In this document: one piece after another, positions 26,366 to 57,211 of the stretch | Layout: each line of letters starts with the position of its first letter | Position numbering within the stretch: position 1 is the stretch's first letter | NCBI GenBank assembly: GCA_964304625.1 | Contig: OZ199838.1 | Span: forward strand, 6,118,144-6,182,143 | Source: Kudoa neothunni | Taxonomy: Eukaryota > Animalia > Cnidaria | Direction: 5' to 3' | DNA: 64,000 nucleotides | Notes under the pieces: model-generated | The model's input: only the letters and a program-made list of their open reading frames with translations | Told to the model about the DNA's origin: nothing | The model's database searches: none | Translations under genes and position numbers: made by a program

Positions 26366-26767
26366 TAAAAAATAGCCTTTTTACTGATAAAAGATAGAAA
26401 TTGTTTGAAAATCCATTCTTTATAGATTATATATGTTTTTATTAATTAAAATAAATTTGAATATTTTCCTAAACATTTTTACTTATTACAACCCTAAGTA
26501 TTACTTACACAAGAAGAAATTTCCAAATCGTATGAACTTTTAAATACCTCTTATTCCTAAAATTTGAAATAATTCGTCTTCTTAAAAACAACATAAAATA
26601 TTCTAATTATAAAATTTTCCATAATAATTTAATTTAATAAGGAGCTTTTTCATTCGCGAGCAATTAAAAACAAACGTCATAAAAAACATACTACTAAATA
26701 AAAGGAGCTAATGTGATTTATGAGACTGGCAGTTACCGTTAAAAAACTTTTCAAAATAAGGTTTTAA

Positions 26768-29253
26768 CCCTCCAACGGATGAAAAAACGACCATCTTCCA
26801 ACGGGCCTTGAGGTAAAAAAGACCCCAGATTTTTTTGATTTAATGTATGCAGAAAATTATTATAAACTTATGAGGAAAATATGGAAAAATTCTGCCCAAG
26901 TAACGTTGAGAAAACAATCAATTACTTCATAATTAATCTTCAGTAATCCTCTTCGGCAAGATTAAGCAGATATCGCGATAAATCGTTTGTATAACGTATA
27001 ATATGTTTTGTCTTATTTGAAATAATGAAAAATAACATTTTAGCAAAAAATAAAAGATAAAATATTTTCAAGGGTCCCTAATAAATTTGGTTTTTAATAG
27101 CTAGCAATTTAGACATTTATTTGACGAATGGGCGCGACAATAGAAACTTCCACATTTTGAGCATTTGGGTGAGGTTTTGTTATCGTTTTCACGAGGACAA
27201 TGTTCACATCTTCGTTTAGAAGTATTTGAATCTGCAAAGTTGTATGTTTCCATAGAAGTTGGATGAGATCTTTTTAAACATTTTTTCATTTGGGAATTTC
27301 TTTCCAAAGGAGGTTTATACAACTCTCCAACCATTTCTTTCAGAAAATCACGTCTCAATTTTGTGAAATCGTTAAATATGTGTTTATACCGACAAAATAA
27401 ATTTATCAAAGTCAAATCCAACGTATTATAAAAGACCACCATGGGCCAGCATCGATTAAATCTGCGGACCGAGATGGAAGCCAACATCCGATCCACGGTA
27501 TCTACTCCTCCTTTGGAACCATTATAATCCACTATTGTTTCAGGCTTTTGTTTATGTGTATCGTTGGTTATGTTGGTGTTGGTTGTTCCTGAGGATAAGA
27601 GAATCACTGCTCTTCTTTTTTTGTTGACATGAAGTGATCATATATTTTTTAAAAAATGTAAACATAGTGCTGAATAAGGATCGATTTCTAGACGGAAGAA
27701 CACACGGTGGTAAATCTCTCTTATTGTGTCGAATTGTTCCAAGGTATGTCAGACGTTTGTCTAACAGCTTCTCGGCTAATCTAAGGAAAGAGAAGAAATT
27801 ATCTGCAACTATAGTTCTTCCTGAGTTATACAAGTGAGCTGTAAGGGAAAGCACAATATTCTCACCAACACCATAGTTTTGGCTAGCTTGAGTTCCGTTC
27901 TTTCCTAGATAGGGAGAAATGTTTACAACATATTTGTGGACTGGATCGACAGCTAGGAAAAACTTTAGGCCATATTTCAACGGCTTCATCGGCATATATT
28001 GTCTAAATGAGCATCTTCCTCTAAACGAGACTAACTGCTCGTCAACGGTGACATTTTCACCGGGAAAAACATATGGGTAGAGTCTCAATCCACATGTTCT
28101 ATATGTTGCGCATTGGACAAAATTTATCCAATTCTCTTCTTTCAGATCTGGTGCTTGGATTATCAAAATGAATACATCGTAGAATCTGGCGAAAACGATT
28201 AAATGAAAAGATTTCGCGGTACATCTCTCTCCCTTCCTTTAAACCAAACATTTCTAAAAGAGGTTGCTCTCTGTCTTTGTAGACAGCCATCAAAATTAAT
28301 GTTCCGAAAAATCCTCTTAATTCAACGTTGTCTAAATCATTCCATAAATCAGAAAAGTGTAACTTCCCGTGAACGTTCGTTTGTTTGTTTTATTATTTCC
28401 TGGCAAATTTCATCAGTGAAGAATATAAAAAAACAGTCCAACACGTTTTTGACTCTTTGTATGCAATAAGCTGTTGGTCCAGGACGAGGATTCATGATAT
28501 TCTCCTTCAGCATTTTTGATGGAGGTGGCTTATTCAATGTCTAAAGTATTCCACTTTTGCTTGTCGTAGAATCCGCAGGATGTTCGCAATCTGATGTATC
28601 ATCGGATTCTTCGGAATATTCAAAAATCGTGTCATTAATGTCGCTATTTAAAGGTTGATATTCATCGCTAAAATCCCCAGACGGTGCCATGATTATCTCA
28701 ATGTGCGCAACAAACGATAAAATTGGTGTATATTTCGCGTTAACTCTCATATACGATCCTAAGGCTTAAATTATCTATAGCTTATTTTGTAGGGGATTAT
28801 TTATTGCTAGCATACGGAGGTAATATGTTAATTTTGTTTGTATTTAGCTAATAAACATTGACCTTGCGGTATTCATATAAACGATGGTTACGATATGTTG
28901 CGATTACATACTTAATCGGATTACGGCGGATTATATTGATTAATAATTGCTGAATTTGACAGTATTTATTAGGCAGATTTTTTTTTAAATTTCCAAATCA
29001 TCTTATAATAATTTTCTACATACATCAAATCAAAAAAAAACTGGGGGCTTTTTTACCCCAAAGCCCGTTGGAAGATAAAAATTTTGTTCAATAAGAAATA
29101 ATCAATATTCCACATAAATATTTTTATAAATCTATTTATTAAAATAATTTAGGAGAATAGACGAAATTTTAAGTATCCCAGATAATTATTAAATATTCTA
29201 TGGACAAATTAAAATCGTTTTGGGGTCTAAAAGACTCCAAGCCCGTTAGATGG
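26768..29253 (-). mobile_element. Nearly full-length piggyBac; transposase (~28691-27101) broken by a few frameshifts and a stop
   Basis: TTAA|CCCTCCAACGG...CCGTTAGATGG|TTAA and ~75-bp subterminal inverted repeats (~26793-26866 / ~29002-29074). DDD triad motifs TVDEQL, IVADNFF and GGVDTVD; Cys-rich RRCEHC..CSKC..CRAH..C. Confidence 0.95.
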
Positions 29254-29749
29254 TTAAGATAGGCCACTTCCTTTTAACTATTGAAACGATTAAATCCAAG
29301 TTGAAAGAAATAAGCTTTGAATCATATTTATATTCTGATTAAAACTATTTTCACTCTTAATTCAAATAAATACCGTCTTACTTATTGAGACTCAACATTA
29401 TTATTTATTTCTCAAGATGTGTTGTAAACATATCTTTGTGTAAATCAATAATGTATTACCGAACTTCATTTGAGTTACCTCCTGTTAGTGTCATGCCTGA
29501 GCAGTCTAATATTGACACTAAAATGGCGTAGAAGTTTCTATTTTGTTACGTTCAGTTAAAAACAAAAACAAAGCCGAAATAGATTTATCTATTACATCCA
29601 CTGTTTGAAGTTTTGTTTGGATAAGTTTAATTGGTAATGTCTCCCGACATGGTTACGATATTTTTAACATATATTTTATTGGTCAAAAGATTGTTTCATC
29701 TATATTCCAAAAGTTAGGATCATACTCAATCATTATAGTAGAAAATTAC

Positions 29750-29811
29750 TGGGGTCGCTGACCGATCCCTTTGGAAGCACACGTAAGTTTTTGAGAACGG
29801 TCCTTCGAGGG
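29750..29811. mobile_element. Orphan piggyBac end
   Basis: GGGGTCGCTGACC.. spacer ..CCTTCGAGGG|TTAA. Confidence 0.45.
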
Positions 29812-30510
29812 TTAAGAAAACTAAATTATTAGGAGGAATGTAAATCAGAAAAATGCTGTGCGGGCGAATTTATTGGGTAGAATTAAGAATTATGAACCAT
29901 TATCTGTGGTAGTTTGTTGGATTACTGACTCAGAGATGGTTATAATCGAAATATATAAGCTTTAGCTTCCCTGTAAAATTTTATCAACGGCAAATCAAAC
30001 AATATTTTTCATAGAATATTTCCTAATATACCAAAACAAACATAATTTGATTTTTTATTAATTAATAAAAATTGAGAACTTGTTAGAATAAAAAATATTG
30101 TTTTTTATAAATCAAGTTATTTCAATATATTTTATCACAAAAGAAGCAACATTGAGTGTATATATTGTTGATTTTAAGGAGAATAAGAATAATACAAGTA
30201 TTTTTATTGAAGGAAGTAGGTTAAAAAGTTTTTTAATGCAGTTGTAACTCAGTAGACTAATAAATAATAAAAAAGTCGTGAGATAATAAATAAATGCCTA
30301 TTTATATAAACTTTGTTTTGTTATTCTCCACACTTAGGCAATATTTATTATTCGGTGCCCCAAACATGGTCTTTACTGTTAATCATCTGAATGCGGCCAG
30401 GATTTAATGGATGCATCATATACTTGATCCTATATGAATTTTATCTCGCAAAAATTATTTGATAATCGTGATTTAATAAAAAATATTTCTTACGCTCATT
30501 AAAAGAAAAA

Positions 30511-40975
<10,465 letters not shown>

Positions 40976-42145
40976 ATAGTAACCTATCGTCGTAGATGTT
41001 GTCAATAGAAACAGTACCCACATGAACCTTACCAATGAAATATTTTTAATATATACACTTTAATCTGGTTTAATTGATAATTTTTATCTACTTTTATATT
41101 GGCTTATTCTCATTATTTCTACAGCCTACAAGAGTATCTTTATTTTGTTAAGATAAAATATGTGACTGTGCTTGCCAACTGAATTATGTATTACGATAGT
41201 CGGCATTTTTAAACATGTGAGCTAACAAAATGGTGAACATTTTTATGGACGATGAGATTTTTTATGATATAAAGCAGGTGCGGTATATTAACCTACGGAG
41301 TTCTGATAGGTCAGACTGTATCAATTCACGCGGTAAGAATCTCGTTATAGTCACACGCATCCCCTCACTTTATCTTTCTGTAAAGCGAGGAAAATTAAAC
41401 AATTGCCAATCTAATCCTAAACGTACCCTTATTAGCGCGCCGATAATTCTGGGGTTGTGATATATATATTACCTAAAGCTCGCATGAAAATTTAGACATT
41501 TACTTAAATCATTAAAATTAGAATGAATTATACCTTCGGATGATTCGCATAGTACTCCATAAAATATCCACTTATATGGTGCCTCGAGAAAGTATTCGCC
41601 TCATCTATTGAAGTAAGATTCTCCTTTTGTAGAGTCACTCTACACATTGTAATACAAAATATTAAATGCCATTATTTGGCATCCAGTGATTCATCATTTT
41701 AAAATTAGACAATACCATACCTGGCGGGTAAGAAACGAAAATAAAATCTCTTATAAACATAATTTTACTTTAATTAATATTGTTATATTGATCGATTTGC
41801 TTTTTTCGCATAAAATAGTAAAATTTTGCTAATTTTTCGATAGCATAAGCACAACCTGGCACTGCTTCCAGGGCGCCCCTATTCATTCTACAGGCGTGTC
41901 CCAAACTAGCGCGTGTCGCATACGCCGGTTAACATAAGGCGGTTTATTGGCCAAATGAGGTAGAATCGTCGCTGCATCTCGCCACCTTTCGTGTTATTAT
42001 TCAAACATCAAAATTTCGTTCACTTGTTTAAACAACGTTTATGCCGCTTGTTCAATTTAAAATGAGTAAGAAAATTTATTTTGCCTGTAAGAACACTAAA
42101 CACTACAATTTACGGAGTAAATCATTAATCTCTGTTTTGTTTACA

Positions 42146-42616
42146 GCCGAGGACAAATAGCACATCGGTGTGACATTCAGACTCAGAACTATGAGGTAAC
42201 GGGTTCGAATCCACCGGCGGTCAGGCTACTGCTTCCGTGTCGGTGGGTTTCTATCCCATATTTTGGAGCTGTGGTTAAAATGTACGCTCGCTGTGGAGTG
42301 GGTGCACTAGCAGCCAAATTCACGTGAATTGGGGTGAGCGTGAATAGGAATTTGATTCTCTGAAACCTATCGAAAGGCAAGTAATTTGCAATCCCCACAG
42401 AGCCAACATCCTTAAAGGGATAGGGTTTGGGGTGGTGGTCGCTTTGAGACGAGGATGTTTAGTGGGTTAAAGTCCCACACTACCACATAAAGATAAGCGA
42501 CGGGGTTTCATGTTACGTCCGGCGGTGCCTAAAGCGTTAATGGAAGAGGTCTGACCAACCAGAATTCCACAACCTAGTAAGTTGCGCCATGGACTTTACC
42601 TCGAAAACAAAAAAAA
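42146..42616 (+). mobile_element. tRNA-derived SINE with A-rich tail and TSD
   Basis: A box TAGCACATCGG and B box GGTTCGAATCC in a tRNA-like head; GC-rich structured body; tail AAAACAAAAAAAA. TSD TGTTTTGTTTAC (42133-42144) / TGTTGTGTTTAC (42617-42628). Confidence 0.85.
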
Positions 42617-42670
42617 TGTTGTGTTTACTGTAACAATGATGTCTGAATCATTGATAATAACGACTATGTA

Positions 42671-42943
42671 ATGAATGGTCGCGAATACATTAACTTTGGT
42701 CACATCCCTTATATAACCAACTATTACAGACTATTCAAAATTATTCAAAATTTTCCTACAAAAAAAATGGAAGTTATTGCTGATGGTAAATTTATCTCAG
42801 AGCTTCCACAATTACAGAAAAAGTTGTACAAAATTACTAGAACATTCCAAACTATATGGTACAACAAAAATGAATGGTTGTGTGGCTGTATTATAACGAA
42901 GCGACTTTTTTTACATAGTATCCAAGAGGAGGGCCTCATGTAG
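42671..42943 (+). pseudogene. hAT-associated TTF-type zinc finger (ZMYM1-like) transposase 5' fragment
   Basis: RTFQTIWYNKNEWLCGCIITKRLF matches the ZnF_TTF pattern RxFxxxWxxxxxWL, but is truncated before the FCxxC. Confidence 0.6.
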
Positions 42944-44078
42944 TTTTAATTCATTTATTTTAAAGTGACTAAAATTTTTTTTAGTAACTTCGAAATTCGT
43001 GATACTTTAATACTAAAATAAAATCATTGAGTGCTTACTCAAAGCAAATACTCACGACACATACACATGTACTTGGTTTTCACGTAGGTCAATGCTTAAA
43101 TACACCGAAAGGCGGCAAATCATCACACATCTGATCCAGCTCGTGAGATCATAAACTCATATAATGTCAACGAGTTTTACTGGATAAAATAGCTTCATTC
43201 CACCAAAGGCACGCAACAAACCATAATCCTTCAAAGATACTGGTTCCGAAGAAATTCATAACTTCTAGGGTTACGACCCAACTAATATGCTCCCCTGTGA
43301 TCTGCATTTCACAAGCACCGCAAGTCTGCTGTTTAGTTAGAAAGTTTTAATTTAAAGGATATATCCATTAAATATTTGGTTTCACTTTTTATTATAAAAT
43401 TAAATTAATTACAATGTCCTTATGTCGTACGTACTCATAATCATTACGCAAGACGCATATCTTGATGCATTAGGAAATAAATTAAAAATAAAAAAATAAG
43501 GTTATATTTTGGCCATTGAACATAATTAGTTAGTATAATATTTAGAGAAATTTTCAATGCAAAATACTTTTAAATTTCTGCTTCGAATTTTAGGGAGTTC
43601 ATGTTCAGTTTTGTTATTTGTTCCAGAATTTGTCGGCTATGTTAAGTTAGGATTTACATAAACTACCAAAACAATTGTTATAGATAACAACAGAAATTTT
43701 TGTTTTAATTGCACCAGATAACGTAATTTTGCACAACAAAAATTATTTCTCTTTTTTATATTAATTGAAAGTCATAGTATCGGAATTACATAGATATGTT
43801 AAATTAATCATATATATATATATATATATAGGAAAGTGAGTTGATCGGAAACGATTAATTCTATCAAAATTGTTATTTTAAATAAATGGATGGAGAAATT
43901 TTATATATTAATTATTTTTCGGCTCATTTAATAAAAATATTTATTCAATTTATAAAACAGATTATTTTTTCAAAAAAATTATTATAGGCGTCATATTTAT
44001 TACTACCAATGGTGTATAAATTTATAATATTAGAATATATAAACAAAATTTCAAAAATTGTTGATAAGTATCGTCAAC

Positions 44079-44102
44079 TATATATATATATATATATATA
44101 TA
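44079..44102. repeat. (TA)n microsatellite; a second one at ~43810-43830
   Basis: Direct reading of the sequence. Confidence 0.9.
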
Positions 44103-45815
44103 AAGTTATTATATTTGTCAGTGTGAGTTTGCAGCAGTACGCATGTGCCACGGAGAAATTTTTTCTAAATACAGCTTTCAATATACATTTGGAAGGATGA
44201 TACTATTACGAAAAATCTTTAATTCACTTATAATTGCTTACATAATCAATATCGGCATCAGAAGTAAGGAATTTTCCGGTTGTCTACGTTAATTAACACA
44301 TTAAAAAGTACCTGAGTAATATTGATGGTTATTTACTTCAAAGTAATAATCAATTAGAATGAATTTTTACTCACTATACACAAAAAGAATCTGTTAAAAA
44401 TGGTATGTATGTCGTTTGGAGTAATTTTAAGACAAATAAAACTATTAACGTCACATTTACAAGAGTTGTTGCATCTCCCTTACAATTTGAAGCATAACCA
44501 AATTATTTAGGATGTATTTTCACTTTCAGGTGTTATGGATATAGTTATGCGAAAAAATTATGAACATTTTAAATAAAACACATAATTTGAGGTTATAAGT
44601 TGTTGCCATGTTTGAATAATTTCGATCTCTATACGTATTCTAAAAACGATGTAAGATGTATGTAGAGCTTTCAAATAATTAAATTTTTGTGATAATTTCT
44701 TAAATGAAAACTATGCTCCATTGGAATTCCTGAGGCGTGAAAATTTCTTTTTATCAAATATATCGATCGAGATTGAAACCATATTCGTCTTTCGATAATT
44801 TTTTACTCATTTTTCGATTTTCCTAAACTTTCTTGGAAAACATCTGGCATAACTAATTCAATAAGTTTTTATGTTTGATGAGGCAATTTTTTAAGTAATG
44901 TTTAAGTTCTTAGTTACCTAATTATTCCTTATCCCCAGCCCAGACCTTAAGGTTAATATTCAAATCAATATATAATTTTCTTTTCGCTAAAAATAATTTA
45001 TTATGATATAAAAGCTGTATTTAAATATGCGACACCGTATTCTGTACGTAGTTTAAGAATTTATATTCACGATTACTTTTGCACAAAATACAGTCCCTTC
45101 TCAATCTCAATGCGTGCCATGCAAGTTAATAAGAAATTATTGGTCTATTCGATCTAACCGAGATTTTCACAAAGTTTTTGTTAATTTAAGAATAGTTCAA
45201 TATGAAGAAGTTTTTTAGGACAATCAAACAATAGGTTTATTTTTAAATGGGTGCGCTCCTTCAAGAGAACCAGTTGATATTTAAGCATTACCGTAATTTT
45301 TCAACCCCGAACACCTTTACATGTTAGCTTTAATCGTATTTTGTTAATTAAATTTGTATATTTTTGAACCAGTAAGTATTTTTGTTAAAAAAGGTTGCCT
45401 TTATTTAAAAATTGGGAAATTATGTTAAAATAATGAATACATAAGTTACCACTCATAGAATGTTAAAACCTCATTAACATCCTTTACAAAATTGCAAAAA
45501 ATGAGTAAAAATTAATATTTTTACTGCTGACACATCTTAGGTTGATTTGATTTTTTTATCGTTTGAAGACTAATAATAAATTTTATAACTAGAAGGATTA
45601 ATTTGTGCCGCCAAATTTTTAAAGAACTGGAAGTCCTATTTAAGTTACTTAATGATTTCGTTTGGTGAATAAATGGACTTTAATCGTTAATTAAATTTCT
45701 CATTATATTTTTGGTCATAATTTGTAAAATAAACATAAAAATACTCATTAAATTCGCTTAATACCTCTATTTATATTTGAATGGAAAATATACACATAAT
45801 TTTATTTATCAAAAT

Positions 45816-46403
45816 CAGGGGTTCTCAACCTGAAGTAAAATTTAAATGACAGGGGGTAAATTAAATATCATCAAAATTAGATAAGGAGAATTTTTTCATT
45901 ATGGATTTGTGACATACCTCCGGATTTCTAAGGAATTATATTATTCAGGGCTATTAAATTAAATATGAATTAGGCAAAAATTCTTAAAATGTTTTTAGAA
46001 ATAACTTTTTAACAGCTATTTAGAAAACTATTCCCGATCCCCTTTTTATACCTTGTTTATCTTTTAGTGGTGTAGCCAAATAATAATAATACTTAAAATG
46101 ACTATTTTTAATTATTTCTGTCCCGTATGAGCGAAGGTTTAGGAAAGAATTAAATTGATTTAGCAAAACCTACAAATAAAATCTTTTATACAGCTTGTGG
46201 ACGAGTTGATCGGATTAGAAATTGTCATTATGTAAGCATATGTGCTTTTTAGAACCAGAATTTACCCCTCAAGTAGCTTCTGCTATAGCTAGACCAGTAT
46301 GAAACCTTAAAGTAAATATGAATTTGATTTCCAAGTTAGGGAGTAAATTTCGATTTTTAATCAAGCTCAGGTGGTAAATTTCAAAAACGGTTGAGAATCC
46401 CTA
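45816..46403 (+). mobile_element. hAT-Charlie-like MITE, complete
   Basis: TIR CAGGGGTTCTCAACC / GGTTGAGAATCCCTA; 8-bp TSD ATCAAAAT / ATCTAAAT. Confidence 0.88.
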
Positions 46404-48055
46404 ATCTAAATCGTCACATTGCAAGAATAATGACAAGCTTTAAAATGCATCAATTAAAATAGAAAAATAAAATTTACAAGGTTTAACGTGCTAATTAGAT
46501 TCGATCTTTCATAGAATTTCTCTATTCAAAGATAAAACTAAAAGTCAAAATTTTCCATCACAGTATCAGGAAAAGCTGGGCATTAGCGTTAATCTATAAA
46601 TAAACGCTTAGAGTGTGCATTTCGTATCATTTCGCGAATCTAGAAAAAAATGCACAATTATCATTTTTCATTATATATAATAGCCATACTACATTTTACT
46701 GCGATATTCAAAAATTTAAAAATTAAAAATATTACGACAAGCACAGCTTTCAAACCTTAGTTCATAAATTTTCCCCAATTTTTGAAAAATATAAAAATTT
46801 GTCAGTAAAAATTGTCTAACATTTAGATTTCGATTATAATTCTAATTGAATTTCATATTCGTAATATAGAATGAATGGTCTTTATTTTATTACTTGGAGA
46901 ACCCCACCCTATATTGTAATGATTGTAATGATTGTAATGATTGCATTGATTAAAATGTTAATTATTTTATTTATTTGCACACCCATTATAAAACAATCAT
47001 TAACAACTTTTTTTAAATAGAAATTTTAAAATACAAACATCAGTATTAACCACAGAGATGTCATAAAATTTACGTGATTTTATTGAATTAATAAGTTAAT
47101 CCCTATAAAATTAAATAAAGCAGGTACACGATTAAAACTTCGAGATTTACATATAACCACAATTAGAGTTATTCATGTATATTGAGTATTATCTAGAATG
47201 AATAAATAGAGAATATACTGACGACAAACGATTTAATGTATTCGTAAATTGGATAAACAAAGATTGTTCAGATATCTCCTAGGAATTTTGATTTAGAATC
47301 TAAACACTCGCAAGTCATTACTGGACGAAACCTGATCATTCGGGAATCGGCTGAGAAACATTAATGAGATTTACCGATAAACCAACGACATTATTTGACA
47401 ACCAATCAACGTAAAATTGATTTTAGTTCGAAATCTATCAGCGATTCAACAACTTTTGATCAAAGTTGATAATATATGGGAGATATTAATTTTATCTAAG
47501 TGGTAATGAGTTTGTCCCTAGCCATTTGATTGAAACATTCAATCAAAATGTTTATGGTATTCGATCCATCCTACTATTAGGTTCAGCTCTAAATTTATGG
47601 ATCATAAAAGCTTGGTTTTACAACCTAAATCACTTCGTTCACATGAATAACAATAATTACTCGAATAATAATCAATGAATTATCTTAATACTACTCAACA
47701 TTTGGAACTTATAATATATTTCAGTAAAAGCAGTTTTTAAGAGGTTTATTTGGTTCAAGTTAGTATCCAAAAATGCATTACATGTGTGAAAAATCAAATC
47801 AACTGACCCCAAAAGACGAAATATTAACTTCACATTGAAAATAGATTATAATTACTGAGCGGATTATTGGGAAAAGTTTTTATCACAATATCTATTGAAA
47901 AAATTTTCAAAATATTCCACAAACGTTTCCAAGCATAGCTCTCATTAATATCTAAAATATTCTAATTTATAAAGTACAATAATTTTACCATAGCAACAAT
48001 AAGTCTATAATCTTGGTTAATGACACAATATTGATTGCGTACGCTAACCCTAGAA

Positions 48056-56047
<7,992 letters not shown>

Positions 56048-56137
56048 TGAACTTTTTATCGATTGCTACAGTGGTTAACAGAGACCAAAGCCAACTTTGA
56101 ATATTACTCAATAAAATTTTACTAATTACTGGAATTT

Positions 56138-57211
56138 TTAAACTAGTTTAATTGGGAGTCTTTTTTTGTTCTGGTATCGTCCAATTTCAATTATACCAGC
56201 TGTCATCAACAGTACTAGCCCAAATATGGATACGTGGTTGCGTTTGTCAACAAAACTAAACACTCCAACAGATGCTTTTTTTCACCATTTCGATGCATGT
56301 TTCCGTGAATAGCACAATAAACGATTGAATAATTACTATAATAAATAAGATTTTGTTGGAAACACTCCAATAAAATTTTATTTTTCGTAAAATAAAGATC
56401 CTACTTGAAAACAAGATGAGTATACTGTGCCATAGATCACATTTAAATGGTATGGCAGCGAGTGTAACGATTCCAACCATAGACCCCAGGCAAATGAGAG
56501 TTAGAATTTGTAATGATTGAGACCATTTAGAGGTGTTTTCTAAAAGCGAAACTATATGAAAATAACATATTCTATTAAGCGATTTTACCACGAGCGCAAA
56601 TGATGAGTAAGTAAAGAGGGGGGATAGTGACTTTCCTTAGGCCTGGGATAGACATTAAGCTCACTTTGTGCACTTGCTTCTTTCCATCCTTGATGTTAAT
56701 GGGTCGAGTTTTATTGTTTGCTTTGAATTAAAGTTTAATCAACGAATAAGTGTTACCACACAACTTACCTAGATCTTTAAATGTTAATTCGATTTCTTTG
56801 TGGTAGGTAATAATGTCTGAATTAACAGCACATACCGATAAAGAATAGACAATGCGAAGTTTAATTACCTTGTTTTAGTTGTGGAACGTTGAACATATCC
56901 AACTTATGAAAATAAGTCATGCCACACTGGCATACGGTTGCATTGCTTGCTTTATAGAAACACCCAACATTAAACCCAGATGAAAATTCTGCAATATCAT
57001 GTTGAGTTAGATGAAAATGGATTAAGCCCACCGAAAAGTTTCCGATGAAAATAAATGTTGCGGAAAGAACGTATAGTATAAATGTGAAAATTTTGAGTAT
57101 CAACATTACCTTATTCTGCCTAATATGGATTTAAAGTGTCAAGTTCGTACCTACCACTGATATCACTGCAGGGGAACAACTAATAAGTCCCAGGACGCTC
57201 TTGCATTCCAT
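56138..57211 (-). CDS. Small multi-pass membrane protein, possibly claudin/PMP22-like (multi-exon; internal structure unresolved)
   Basis: ATG at 57211 (MECKSVLGL..), TM LILKIFTFILYVLSATFIFIG, extracellular loop GFNVGC..C.C, further hydrophobic exons, last exon VSIFGLVLLMTAGIIEI..RLPIKLV*. Confidence 0.55.

Noticed and set aside
42146-42225. Functional tRNA gene
   Set aside because: Acceptor, D and anticodon stems do not pair properly and there is no oligo-T terminator. It continues into a SINE body with A-tail and TSD.
42358-42380. Hammerhead ribozyme (CTGA..CGAAA) in the SINE
   Set aside because: The core reads CTGAAAC, not CUGANGA, and there are no stems I/III.
46912-46950. ATTGTAATG x3-4 tandem repeat as telomeric or functional
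   Set aside because: Short interstitial slippage repeat with no further support.
43400-47700. Exon-like patches between the two dynamins
   Set aside because: No consistent spliced frame or homology could be seen.
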